Source: Bugula neritina (taxonomy: Eukaryota > Animalia > Bryozoa). Taken from it: a stretch of DNA of 64,000 nucleotides. Shown here piece after piece: positions 27,301 through 42,300 of the stretch. Under the pieces are notes generated by a model. That model was not told the origin of the DNA and searched no databases. It saw nothing but the letters and a program-made list of their open reading frames with translations. How positions within the stretch are numbered: position 1 is the first letter of the stretch; every line of letters begins with the position of its first letter. Both the position numbers and the translations under genes were made by a program. The DNA lies in NCBI GenBank assembly GCA_964035545.1, contig OZ037772.1:7424889-7488888 (forward strand). The letters run 5' to 3'.

Positions 27301-30300
27301 TACTTCAGTGTCTGTGAATAACCTTCATGTTGCATAACATAATATTTAAAATTCAATTCCGCATTTAATTAATTCAATTATTCAATAAAACTGCTACTAA
27401 TTCCATGCAGTTCTATTGTAGAGAGGGTAGGGATACATTCGAGTGTTTGTCTTAAATAGTTTATTTCAAATATGGAGACTTATTAGTCTCTGTTAGGAAG
27501 CAGCAATTTGCTGGATGGTGTTACCTGCCTATCAGGGAAGTTTGTGGCTTATTAAAACAGGAACAGATAACTCTTGTGTTTTTCTGTATCTTAGCTATCA
27601 AGTCATGATGTACTGGTTAATATCAACCATCACTATCACACGCCTATTCCTATACCTTGTCATATGTAATTTATATTTTATCTCTATCAGTATTGAAACT
27701 ATGGAGATGAAGCAGTTTTGATGTTCTCAATGCACTGTGTAGGTCTTCCACAGGAATACACAAACACACAGGTTACTAGTCCCAAAATGTTATCACGAGG
27801 AAGAAATATGAGTTCTAATAACTCATCTAGCTGCTTTAATGTTTGAAATAGCAGCACATCCACCTTTGTCTCACTTCACTCCAGCGCACCTGAGGAGCAC
27901 CTGTCTATTTCTGACACTACATACCAAGAGTGTCAAATACACAGTAAGTGGTGGATAGATATGTAAGGGGATACAGGGAAGACAACCAGTGGTGGATACA
28001 GTGTATACATACCAGGGGTACAGGGTAGACAGTCAGTGGTGGATACAGTGTGTACATACCAGGGGTACAGGGCAGACAGTCAGTGGTGGATACAGTGTGT
28101 ACATACCAGGGGTACAGGGCAGACAGTCAGTGGTGTTGAGTCCCTCCGAGGGGTTGTAGGTGGAGGGGGGACAGGGAGAGGGAATGACGGACCTTGATAG
28201 ACAGTAGTGACCAGCTGGACAAATTATCTTAGTTCTCAAATCACTTCCTTCTGGACAATAGAATCTAAAACGCAAAACCAACATCAAGGGAAGACAATTC
28301 TTATACAATATATCTATAACTTAAGTAACATTTAGAATGGTTAGGCTGGCCAATAAATCAATGAGCTCTTCAAATAATCCAGTTGATACAATATTTTAAA
28401 AGTTCAAATAAACAATGTTTTGAAATGATATATTTCACCATCTTTATTTTTAAACCATGTTGATTTGAAATCACTACAATCAAAATACGAAAACAGATGG
28501 GCAAAGTTTTCATATTCATTATAACTCATTCTTTTTAGCCAATTTAATGTTGACTTCTGGCCACCAACAACTGGCTTCAAGTAACCAGTACAGAATTCCT
28601 TTACCAACAGGGAACTACTAACTATTTACTATTAGAAATTATTAATTACATAACGATAACTACTATTGACTAATTCTTATGAACTAATAACGACCAAGTA
28701 ACTGGTACTAACTACTAACTACTAGCTACTGACTACGAACTACTAACTATCAATCACTAACCACTAACTACTAGCGGCTAACTATTAACTACTAACTACT
28801 GGCTATCGACTGTAACCAGCTATTAACTACTGACTACCACTTACTGACTACTAACTACTGACTGTCACTCACCCTGCTGCACAGTCCCCTTCAGGGGCAG
28901 ACAACTGATACTGTTCACAGAACTGCCCAGCAGTGCAGGGCGTACACTGACTGACATCAGATAGCCCTGGGGCATTGCCATAAGTACCTGGCACACAGGG
29001 CTCTGGCACACTAGTCCCTACTGGACAGAAATATCCTTGGGGGCATATGTCCGCTTCGGCTCCCTGGTTGGGGGTGGAGGTGGTTGCGTTCTGTTAACAG
29101 GAAATGAAAGGAATACAGAAACTATGTAATTAGTCATATAAAGTGTATTGAGACATGGGAGTTCTTGATTATCCTAAACAAACACTGCTGTATAATAAAA
29201 AGAGTCAAAACACATGACATGTTATACTTTATAGGATAAGATGAGACTAATTGAACATCTATATCGAAAATTTGAACAAGAACAATGTTTTCTGTTAATA
29301 AATCAGCCAATATTTGAATAATCAAAATAAACAATAAAAACAGTCTTTATGCACACCCAATACAGGGTTTAATTGAAATATCACTCCAACATGTTTTTGA
29401 AACAACTCTTTGGTGTTAAAAGTTAAAAAGAGTAACACATAGGTAACCACATGTCAATGCCAAGTATATCATATATATTGTCTTAACTCTGCAATAGTTG
29501 ATTGAGGCAATGATAAATACAACCATACCCGAGTTTCTATAATGGTTTCGGAGTTGTCTACTTACAATTCCAGAACTGCTGTTAACACAGGATTGCTCAC
29601 CTCTTGGCAATAGTACCCAGGGTCACACAGTGCAGTTGGGGACGTGGAACCAGCCACTCCACAATAGTACCCAGGAGAACACGGGCTACACTGCGTATCA
29701 TCACTCAACCCTGTTGTGTTACTGAAAGTACCTCTTGGACACAAGAACTCAGTACTGTATGTTGTGCCTGTGCAAAACATCAGCAGTATTTAAGCCGTTA
29801 AATTATAATAATATTATACTGTGTATACATTTATTCATGAAAATAATCCTTATATATGTTAAATTTATCACAATATACAAAGATAAAAAAGCAAAATTGG
29901 TTATAAACATAATTTTGATTATCCTATCAAGCAATATATTAAATTGTTTCAGGGAGCTCAAATATAATATTCCAAGCAATGCATATACAAAAGAACGTCA
30001 ATTCAGTTTGTCTAAATTTTCCAAGCCTATACTGTCAATAGGTTTTTTCTCGATAATTTTCACACAGAAGCAATAGCATCTAAAAGGTGAATTCATTTTT
30101 ACTAAGTAAACTAATCTTTAAAAGATTACAAATCTTTTCTCAGTTAAAATAAGACGATGCAAACTTGTAACCATGCAGTCAATGACATCTAACCTGCAGG
30201 ACAGTAGGAGCCAGGTGGACAAAGTATAGTATCATTGATCTGTACGACTCCTAGAGAATTGTCACAATAGTATCCGAGAGGACATTGTTTACAAGACCAT

Positions 30301-33300
30301 TTCTCTTCCTCATCCTGCGATAATAACAACAGTATGAGTAATACAAGCACACTGTTTGACAAGTGTCATAAATATAACAGCTCACTAGTGACATTGATTG
30401 ACAGATGGGAGATATGTGTGTAGTTACTGATGACACTAGATGACAGGTGCTAGAAATGTATGGGGCCACTGATGACACTAGATGACAGGTGCTAGAAATG
30501 TGTGGAGCCACTGATGACACTAGATGACAGGTGCTAGAAACGCATAGGGCTACTGATGACACTAGATGACAGGTGCTAGAAATGTGTGGAGCCACTGATA
30601 CACTAGATGACAGGTGCTAGAAACGTATAGGGCTACTGATGACACGAGATGACAGGTGTTAGAAATGTATGGGGCCACTGATGACACTGGCTGACAAATT
30701 TCTAACCTGGTAGTCTAAGCCAAATATAAAAAAATGCAACACATGGCAGGGAGTAGTAAAAACTACTTAGAAAGCAGAAAATAAAACTAGAAACCTGGTA
30801 AGTTCCACTGGGGCACAGTATTGGTGTTGTCGTACGCTCTGGGCAATAATATCCAATGGGGCACCTGTTGGCATTGTCAACTGTCTCAGCACCAGTACAG
30901 TAGAAACCTGCCAACAACACATAACACTAAATTTATTCATAGATACAAAGCTATACAAAGACTAAAAACCAATTTAATAAATCATACTACAACTGAGTTG
31001 ATGTTATTCACGCAGTTGGAAAAAGGCACAGATCTTTAAAATATGACTATTACACCATAACATGCAATCATAGCATCAAGGTTTCAGTTTACGGGACTAT
31101 CTAAGCACGCCACCACCTCTAGTGCAGTTTCCAGAAGTGGATGTCATGTTGAATGCGGCACAATACTCCCCGCCATCACACAGGAAACAGTCGGACATGT
31201 TGTGTAGTCCAGTCTGGTCACTGTACGTGCCTTGAGGACAGGGCAGCGGCCAGTCAGACCCTTCGGGGCAGTAGAAACCCTCTGGACATCGGCCACCTGC
31301 AGAATGTAGAAGAGTTTAGGCAGCGGTACTTGGAGATTTACCCGCCAACTACGACAAAAAGGTAGGTGGGGTTAGGCATCGTTACTAAAGAATGTCAGTT
31401 GACAGGTTAAATAGAAGCCAAGACAGCATTACTAGTAAATTCTTGACTCGACTAGTGGAAGATTATGTTGTACTGGAAAAAAGTCCCCCAGCCAATCAAT
31501 GTAAAGCATGTAATCATCAGTTAGGAAGTAAACCAGACACTCAGTGTTTAAACATCTGATTCATATAATACATCAGAAAATTAGAAAACACAGACTGACA
31601 AGGACATCTCATGATAGCGCCTCCTAGTGGCTGCACAAAGATAGCAGATAACTATGGTGTGACAACTCCCAGGTTTAATATCTACACACTGTAAGAAGTA
31701 TATTACCCACCAATATTGTTTCACTATGCCGGACTTGCGACTATGAACTCTTGACCTCAGTCTAAGAGTTGTCCTGCATTAGAAGGAAATAGAGAATTAC
31801 CTGTTAGATCAGAGCCATCTGGTGTCCCGGTGGTAGAGTGGGAGACGCAGTAATAGCCCGGGGAACATAAACCTGTAGGTACGTCTAGCCCAGCAAACTG
31901 ACAATATTCTCCTCCTGGACATGCAATTGGGGCTACAAAATTTGTTTAAATGAAGGAAGAATAAGCTAAAACTGCATGAGCTCCTCCACCTGTGAATTAC
32001 TCAAATAAAAACGTCTAAAGCTTTTATACGCTAATTTCGCTGGCAACAAAATGAAAATTTTTAGTTGTACCAACCCAAAGGTAATTGAAGGAAGAACATT
32101 ATTTGTTTAGAAATGCACCATTCAGCCCCACACAAAGCATCTGAAGGACTAGTTTTCCTTCTATATTAATAATTTATATTCAGTTAATCTCAGAAAATAA
32201 AAGAACAAAGTAACAAGGCATTCGCTCTAAATAAACTATTAAAATCACAAGACAACATTTTGAGAGGAAGTATAAGTGATGTCTACTCACACATTGATCC
32301 CTCCGGGCAGTAGTATCCTGGCTGACACTCGCCGCCATTGTTGGTGTCGTTAGACCTCTCTGCAGCAGACGTACAGTACCAGCCGACCATACACAGTCCT
32401 GTAGGTAGGGGGTTAGCGTAGCCCTCACAGTAGCTTCCTCCAGTACAAGCCACGCACTCAGACTATACAATACCACACTATATATATAGTACTGCAAGAC
32501 CACATGGTATGTATTATCAATATTTCAAATGAGTTTTTTTTATTGAACAAGTAAGAATACTATTATATTTATTCAACAACTTTAGTTTTGAAACCGTATA
32601 AATCTATCTTCAGAAATTTATTTAACAGCAAAATATTGTATTCAGTGACGAGCCAACCAGTTGAACAATTGATAAGCCCACTAACCATAGATGTAGCATG
32701 AGTTCTGTTGTTAAAAGTGCCGGGTGGGCACGGGTATTGCGTAGCTGCCTGTGTCCCGTTAGGACAGTAATGACCGAGGGGGCAAGGAGTGGATACAAAG
32801 TTGTCTGCCTCCAGCAGGCAGTAATGACCTTCCATACAAGTCTTGCAGACGGATAGCCCGAGTTCATCAGAATAAGTACCTGGTTCACATGGGGCGGGCA
32901 GCTCAGAGCCCTCTGGACAGTAGGAACCTGGGCAATTCAATGAAATACATGAGTCATAAAACACTCGGAGACTGATTCTGTCCAAAATCAGTGAGTCTAG
33001 CCTATTACATAGACTGAGAACCAATACTCACCATTGGGGCATATCCCACCTGCCCCGGTAAAGTAGCTCTGCTCTGGGCATGTGCAGTTCACAGTCTCGT
33101 TTGTGAAGGAAGGGTTGGGTCTGTCTACCCCCGACGTACAGTAGTATCCTGAAACAGGCAGAAACTTTGCTATGACTGAATCTACCAATGACTGATTAGA
33201 GAAAAAACAACAATACAAGTGGCCAAATAACACCACTTCTATCATGTGAGTTGTAACAGAATACAATTTAATTGGCTTAATATTTGAATTGTACAAATTC

Positions 33301-36300
33301 ATAAATTTCAGCAATCAAAAGAAAGTGCTAAGTTGCCTGAACTAGGCCAAACCGACCAAGTGGCGAGATAACGCTAGCTCTAGCAGCTGTCACTTGTGTG
33401 CTATGAAGTACTAGTTCTACCAACTCTCACCTGCTGAACAGTTACCAGATGGCACTGTAATACCAGGACTACCACAGAACTGTCCTGCCGGGCAAGGTAG
33501 ACACTCAAAGGCTGTTTTTAGTGATGTCATGTTAGAGTAAGTTCCTAGGGGACACTTGGTGTAGTCCAGACCCGTCCCTAAACACAGACAGAGTTTACAA
33601 TCTACAGCTATCCAATGCTTTCAGCATCTATTTGGAGATTTTGTCTGCTACTCTAACCAGTTGGATAATTTAAACAAAAACACATTTCAAAGCAGAAAAA
33701 ACAACTAGTAGGTTATTCCTTAAACGTTTTGGCAATGGCAAGACTATGTGTATCAGGAATCCTGCATTTCAGGGTCTATAATTTCCTTTGATTGCATTAT
33801 GCAAAGCTAGAGTTCACAAAACAATACTCTATTATACAATTTTGTCTTCTTTTGTGTGTGTGCTAGTGTGTGTATAATAAAGGTTAAGTTTTCTTTAGTG
33901 TACAAACACAAATATAATGTTCATATAAGACTGGGCAGAAAAAAAGTAGAATTGCTTCAACACATTACATCCATCCAAGAGAATTTTACTACTCAAAGTT
34001 TGCGGACAGCTGAAAATGCACTCTGAAATCTAATCAGTCACACTCTTCAACTTATTGGTTCAAATAGCGAACTGGCAACCTTTATATAATGACGCAAAAC
34101 TAGACAAACTGGAAAAAAAACTACGATCTCAACTAGTAAGTGAGTAGTTTGAAAAGCTGACATTAGCCAATCAGAATGAGACTTGGTTCCAGCAGACGTA
34201 CCTTGCAGACAGTAGTGACCTTGAGGACAAGGCAAGTTCGTGTCGTCTGCTGTTGCCGGAGTAACGGGTACGCAGTACGCACCGGCTGGGCATATCGTGC
34301 ACTCAGCCTCTCCGCCTACGCTAGTGTAATACCCGTGTGGACATTCCTGCAGAAAAAAAAGGAAAAAAACCTGTAACGGTCCGCAATAAAAATTATCTGA
34401 ATAAATAGGAAAAAACATGGGAAATCAAGCAAAATTAAGAATAACCTTGATTATTTAGGTGTATTTATTGATATTTCACTAGTTTTGGGCAAAAACCCAT
34501 GTTCATTAGCAGTTAAATTGTAGAAAATAGCTAAAAAAACTGGAGATTTCCAGTGTGTACTAAATTAAGTAAAATGACCTTGTATAGATAAGAATTAGAC
34601 TGATAGCCAATCAGCTTGAGGTTTACATCATCAGCAGCCAATCACACGAGGTCCTACATTTCAAAACTCTTACCTGGTAGATGGCACTTCCATTAGGACA
34701 GTGCATGCCTCTGGGACAGATGAACTCGGAGGGGTTTGGTGAACTTTGACCTTCCGGGCAGTAATAACCACCCCAGCACTCATCAACTGCAGATGTCATG
34801 CCTTAAAAAGACAACAAGTTTTTTAGTAATTCGGGTGTGGAGGTGTGATACCTTGCTCATCACACCTTCATACCTAAATTTACTAAAAGATGAAGATAAA
34901 ACATAGAAAATCAAGCAAATTTAGAAAAAAAACTTGTTTATTCAGCTGTATTCGCTAATATTTCATCAGTTTAATGCAAGAAACTACCATATACATTAGC
35001 GGCTAAACTGTGAAAATATAGCTGCACACTAGATATATAGGCCTATAGTGTTTACTAAATTAAATAAAATGACCAATATAGAGTCACAAATATTAAATAA
35101 AATCATTCCAAGTCAAGGAAGTTAGCAGGTAAGATTTAGAATAGAATCTTGTGTACCTGTGGTGGGACAGTAGAAGCCAGCGGTGCAGTTGGTACACTGA
35201 GAGACATTGTGTAGCCCGGGTGTGTTGGAAAAGGTGCCAGCGGGACAAGGTACTGGGTAGTCGTCCCCGCCTGAACAGTAAGACCCAGGGGTACATAGCT
35301 CCTGTGTGCCTGTTGAGGACCCTGATGGGCAGTAGTAGCCTAGCAACAAATAAACGAATAGTAAAACTCAGGTGATCTCTATTTAGAATAAAAAACGGTC
35401 GTAGAATACTCCAGAAGATGAGTAACCTGTTTATATATTTAAATATACAAGTTTAATTTTGGTTAGTCAAGTTTCTGAAACTGTTTATAAAAATAACTGT
35501 TCGGTAGCAAAGATTTATTAATAAAAGCAAAATGTTACGAGTTTCAAAAACTTGGGGTAAAATTAGAAGAATGGAGGCCATTTATGCACTTTCTATGATT
35601 AAACATGGAAACAATAAAGTTCCAAAGTGTGAAGAGTATTTATTTCTGTATGGCTTCAGGCTCAACAACAAACAGGAAATGACTAACCCGGGGAACAGGA
35701 AGGACCTGGTGACGTCATGTTGTAATCAGGACAGTAACTTCCTCCTGTGCAGTTGACACATTCCTCTACAGACTGCAGGCCTACAGTAAACAAATTATAT
35801 GTATAGAGAATATTGCCCGCATTGTGACATTACCAAATGCAGCCAATAAAAAAGCTGAAAAAACTCTTTGGCAACTCAAAATAACCAATTAAAAACACAT
35901 TAAACAATTAAAAAGCTCATTCTTCGAGTATTCCTTCATAGTAAGTCACAATTGAATACTAATATCTATTAGGAGTTATTATTCCCTTTGATTATTATTC
36001 TGAAATTGACCAATTGCATGAGTAATTACAGTACAAAGATTTTCAGGGAGTGGCTTTTACAATGCAATGCAAGAAATTTGAGTTTGGCCCAATTGAATTT
36101 TTGACTAAAAATCGTGAAGGTATAAACACTCACTCTATAAAACCCTAATAATAGATTACAATACACAGAAACGTTTAAATAGGGTAAAAACAAGACTCAC
36201 CAGTGTTGGAGCTGTACGTAGCAGGTGGGCACGGGTCGGGTAAAGCAGTACCCGCCCCGCAGTAGAAGCCAGCCGGACACACATCATAGTTGGAGTGACC

Positions 36301-39300
36301 AGAGGGAACTCGGTTATCTGAGCCACTTGTACAGAAGTAACCTGTGGAGAGACAGAGAGAAACCTACAGTATTCCATGACGATTTACCGTTTTAAAGTGT
36401 TAAAGAAAGCTCATTCTTTTTTCTACTCTGACAATTTTTTTCCCACTCACTCTATCAATACACGTCAATCATTCATAAATCTCCCCCTTCCTCACTCTCA
36501 AACAGCAGCAGGTCACAGAAGAAACTGTTATCAGGAGGTGGCACTATGGAATGAACTGCCAATCCCTTTACGGTCAATTAGCAACCCTAATGAATTTGGG
36601 AGGAAGTTGAGGCTTTATCTGTTAGAATAGTTGTATTTTTTTTGTATTTTTCTGGATAGAGTCGCTGTCAGCTCGTGTTGGCCCGCGCATGACTAGCTAG
36701 GCTATAGCGCAATGGGCCTCATCATCGCCTCCTTGGCATTTTCTAATGTCCTTGTGTTATTAAATACCTTTGATGAAATAAACCAAACAAACAAACAAAC
36801 AAACGTGTATTGACGGACTGAACACAGTGAACATCATACTGCTCATATATTTACACAACAGCAATCCATTAATATCATTGATGGAACAATGACACTATTG
36901 TATTTCAGTTCTTTTGAGAGGAACAAAAAACTATAGGATAAAGTGAAACTGAAAGACTTTTACAAAAAATTGAATGATTCATATTTCAGACAAAGAAAGA
37001 AACAAAGTACAGCGAGCAAACAATAAGAATTCAACCTACTTTCATTTTATAATCATAATTATTTGTTTATAGCTTACACTAAAGCAGTATTATACAATAT
37101 AAATACACTCAACTTTTACCTGCGCTACTCATGGCTAGTGAACAACAATTACCTGCATCACAGAGTCCTGTAGGCTCTGAAAGGCCATCTGTCTCACAGT
37201 AGAAACCACCTGCACAGGGCTGACACTGGGAGATGTCAGCTCTGTGAGTGACATTAGAGAAAGTACCTGCTAGACAGGGAAACTCAGTGCTATACGTCGT
37301 GTTCTCCGGACAGTAGAAACCTGCAGCCAGTATTTAGTGAGATAAACTTTGTGATTCGCAGCAGAAAATGATTTGCTATTTCTGTATTAGAATCAACTAA
37401 ATCTTACTACATGGTCATAGCATGAAGAGAGGAAAGTTAATGTGAATTACTAGCATAAAAGCGGTGGACATGTTGCTCTTTTTACACGAAGGTAATAAGG
37501 TGACGACAGCTTCACACTAGTTACTGAGTTTAAAATTGGTGAATTACGCAAAAACATTATAAATGAACATTATTTTACCGATGCACTTCCTACATTCTAT
37601 ACTAACACAACCATAAACATTTTAAATTACTAATTCATGTATATAAATAAAGTGAATTCAGATGCCACTACTTCGTTCAAGCTTTAAAGATGGATACAGT
37701 AGTCTTTGAACTATAGGTTTAATATATTTATTTATATAAATTAGGTAGTAATTAAAAAATTTCTCATTTGTTTTTAATGAAATTACATCCCTAAGAGATA
37801 TATATTCAGAATAATATTCATACATTACTAACAAATAAATCATATATAATAAAAACATTACTAATATTAGTCTGATATGCTACAACCGTCAGTATAACCT
37901 GACACCTTTCAGCTTATCACAATATTTACCTGTTGGACAAGCAGAGCTGTTGTACAGGACTACTGGGTCTATAGTACTGTCACAGAAATAGCCCTGGGGA
38001 CAGCCTTTGCATGTAAACTGGCCAACCTCGTTTTGGTAGGTGCCACTGAGGCATCTCTCGTACCTGCAACATATACTCAGACTACACATTGGACACTTTC
38101 ATTTACGCTAATAATGTTTGTTTTGTTGAATTTTATTTGATCAATAAGTTTATTGAGAGAGTCAAAAAATGTAATGATGAAGCACACTAATGTGATAATA
38201 GCGAAGCTAGTAGAGGCAAAGCCTCTTTTCTTGAGATATTTAAAAGATCAAAAACTAGATAAACATTGGAAACATTAAATGTTGTAAAATGTAAATAAAC
38301 AAAATTATAAAAAGAAAAAACAAAAGGAAAGTGTTAATAATCAAAGTGAGAATATGAACTGTTTAAAGTAAATCTACATTTAAAGTGAAACTACTGTTTG
38401 CACTGAAGTGAAACTACTCACATGGAGGAGCCTTTAAGACAGAAATGACCTTGGGGACAGATGTAAGCTGCCGGGGTCGCCGTATCTTGTGCAGACGGAC
38501 AGTAATATCCGACATCACACTCTCCTGAAACGAGGAGTTCATACAGTTGGCAGCGTGAAGTACTCCAAATATTACATAATCAACAAGAGGAAGAAACTAA
38601 ATATCTAAAATGGTGGTTTGTTTACAAGTGAGTATAATGATGAAAGACTAACTATTCTAAATGTTATATAATCAATATGACAAATGAACCAATCACTCTA
38701 ATTAATTGTAAACAACTTTCTTCCTTCTCTCCCTCCCAAAAGACCTGTTTATTGTTTCCTCCTCCTAAAGACGAGCAGCTTATATACAAGTTTGATATAT
38801 AAAGAGAGAAAATAACTCCTACGCAATTTCACAGTTCATGCCTTGTGACCTATGCTGAAGCTACTCACCAGTAGGGGCGGTGTTTCCGGTGCCCGAGCAG
38901 TAGTATCCAGGAACACAGTCTATGCAGTGTGAAATGTTAGAGTTGCCAGTTGAGTTGAGGAAAGTGCCACTGGGGCAGAGTTGAGGGGCGGAGCTACCGG
39001 CCGGGCAGTAAGATCCCATTGGACAAATGTCACCTGACATAAATACAGCAGAGAATGCTCAATACCACAACATACCAAAACTATATTTACCAGATCCAAG
39101 AATCACCAACTTGGCAATTTAATTTAAATAAAATGTTCCAAGATAAGTTCAAAAGTCAGCATTTACAGCTCAAGATAGAGATTTAAAAACTTTCAATTAT
39201 TTTCATGTGCATTCTTTGCTAGTAAACTGGGCCAGAACTTTTATTCAAGCTGTTAGCAAAGTTGTTTGATATTTGAGCACAATTAGTGTGATGTTTCTAG

Positions 39301-42300
39301 AAATCACTAAAAGCAGCACAGAGTTGGGAGTCATTGAATGTTTGTATAACTATTGTTGTTGCAACTCTTAACCCCCTAAACCGCCAACTCGGTGCTGCTT
39401 CTAGTAATTTCTAATATTTAAACACAACTAGTCTAAGCTCCTACCAGTAGTTCCGTCAGTAGGGTTGGGTTCACTGGCACCCAGAATGCAGTAGTACCCT
39501 GGGTCACACAAGCCGCTGGTGGCGTTGAGGAAGTCACCCGCGCAGTACTCCCCGGGAACACAGTCTATAAGTCTTCCAGAACCTTCCGGACAGTAATAGC
39601 CTGAGAGACACTTGTCACCGCCAACACCTGAAGGAGTTGGAGTGATGCTACCACCGTCACAGTAATATCCTGCCTCACACAAACCCGTGGGCCAATCCAG
39701 TCCCTAAAAGTAAATCAATCATCACATGCCTTTAGTTTAACAATCATTTTCTTTCAAGTGTGAAATAAAATGTAATATGTTTCATACTTTATCAAAATCA
39801 AATAATGAGCCATTTATGTATTGACATGCTAAGAACTTTTAAATAAAATTGGACTCGCTAATTCACATATTTCTCACCTGATTATCGCAAAACATGCCGC
39901 TGGGACATTGCAAGCAGTAGGAATCGTCTGTAGCCCGAGTGACATTGTTGTATGTTCCTTGTGAACACGGGTTGTCATACGCACCCTCCGTACTAGTTGG
40001 ACAATAGTAGCCACTGGGACAAGGGTTATCTGTGTAGTTGGATGTAGCCAGTGGACAGAAATAGCCTGTAGATAAATGAGAAGATAACTCCTGAATAAAC
40101 TAGAATTTAATAATTTCCTTAAGTAGCCTAACTAAACTGAAGTACAACAAATTTAAATCCCGATACAAACTGGAAGAAAAATATTTCACAATAATCACGA
40201 AATACATCAGATGATCATTCTTTACCTTGTGGACAGGAAACGCACGTGTCACTTCCTTCCAATTCAGCATATGTTCCGGCAAGACAAGCTATGGGCCAGG
40301 TGGTACCTGTAGGGCATCTGTACCCGGGTGGGCAGACACCTGGATGAACCATCAATGAGGGTACAGAATGAATATTACTGCCTGCTATTACATGTTCTCA
40401 TACAACAGTAACTCAAATGTGGTGTTGCAATACTCATTGTATATTCTGACAATGCTTGTTCTACATAATGATATTGTATGGTCTCGTTAAGTTTATAGTC
40501 ATCATCCCTGTGAGAAACCCTTGATAGAAAGGGCTTTTGTTAAAGCGGAATAAGGAATTTTTTTAATGAGCCACAGTAGCAATTATGACTGGATGCTCTT
40601 CCTAACATCACCAAGTTCAAACCCACGACTCCCAAGTTCACTTAGCCCTAGACCACGGCTACTTAGAAATCTCAGACTATATAGTTTACAAGTAAACTTG
40701 AGAAAACATTTCTATCCTATATAAAACAGATCAAACTAGCAATGCTTTTCCAATCAGCTTTCAAGGGAATCATATGACTTGAGTAGCAGACGTGTAGCAT
40801 GAGTCATGATTGACAAGTAACTAGTACACACCTCCATAGCCTAGCTCCGCCCAGTTGTAGCATGAGGTGTTATCAGAGGTAAAGTTGTTGGAGTTGGGGT
40901 GAGGCCTGTCCACCCCGCTCACACACCAGTGGCCAGCTGCGCAGTCTCCTGATAAATCAAACAGTTAAATTGAAAATTAAATTAAAAAACCTAATATTTA
41001 AAGGCATAAAAGTCATATCAACTATTATCAATAAATAATTATATAATCATTTATCAATTTATGGTAATCCGCTATAATTAACAATATATTTATTACTACT
41101 AATTATATTATAATATTTATAAATAAATACTTATTAATTTAAAACTATAACATTAATACTAGCTATTAAATAAAATTCTTGGAACCACAGAAAGAAACTT
41201 CTCCCAAGCTATAGTCTGAGTAGAGACAAACCTGTAGGCGCAGGTAAATTCTCATCATCGCAGTATTTGCCTGCGTCACATGACTTGCAGTCGCTCAGTT
41301 GAGTGGCCATAAGTTGGTTCTGGTAAGTTCCTCTGGGGCAGGCAGGGAGGTCAAAACTCGTTCCCTCCGGACAGTAATAGCCCTGTGAGAGTACAATAGT
41401 GCATAACATATTGTGAGTGCTTATATTTTAAGTACTTACATATTTCAAAGTACTTATTTTCAAGTAAACATATTTTAAATATGCATCGAGTAAATACATA
41501 AAAATTTAGTATCAACTGAAATTCACTATGTCCTTGATGAAAAATACCATAGTAAAGAATTTTATTATAAATAAGGAGTTATCAGTCCTCACCATCGGAC
41601 ATTCTAATAGTATTCCACCAGCTTCACAATAGAATCCAGCAGGGCAATAGAGGCACTCAGAAGCTTGAGTGTAGTTTACCTGCAACACACAATTCAACAA
41701 TCGCAACAATTTTTAAAATTGTGAGTAAATCAACTGCGTTCTAGCTTTTAACGAGCAGCAATTTTAAATAAACTGCATTTAAAGAGTACTTTAAATATGC
41801 CAACAATTGTGACTAAAATAATACTAAATAGAATATTGGTAAAAATATAATTTCATTCAAAGTTTGTTTTACTTTTTAGCATCAACTGCCATTTTTGCAG
41901 TTTAGTCAGTTAAAAATGAAACACAAGATTATTTCCAGATGAAAGTGTTGCAAATGTTATTTTCAACCAGTTACGACTTGGAAATAGCTTACACACATTT
42001 TTTTTCAATTAATAAGACATTAATTTCATAGATATTTGGGAGTTGCATTCACTACTTACACCAACAAAATCGGGGAGGCAACTCTAAGTTATGCACAAAT
42101 CATCATAAATATGCAATTCAATTTGCTGTTTGGCAATAAATTTACGATTGAAATTCAATCTAAATAAATAAAAAAAGATATCATTTTACACTTACAAAAT
42201 TTGCTCTACCTACTAACCAACAACAGTTATTATTAAAATAATCAACTAAAATAATAACTAAAATGGAAATAGATTAAAATTCACAATTTAATGCATTTTA

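Noticed and set aside
26440-27940. Non-repetitive 1.5-kb intronic stretch, possible second nested gene or decayed LINE
   Set aside because: No coherent ORF or splice chain; faint RT-like peptide hints near 27000-27150 are too weak without a TBLASTX/Dfam search.
31111-31116. Possible non-canonical (GC or U12) introns at weak donors (31116, 45716, 54299)
   Set aside because: Canonical GT donors in the right phase exist at each site; no U12 RTATCCTT consensus at these donors.
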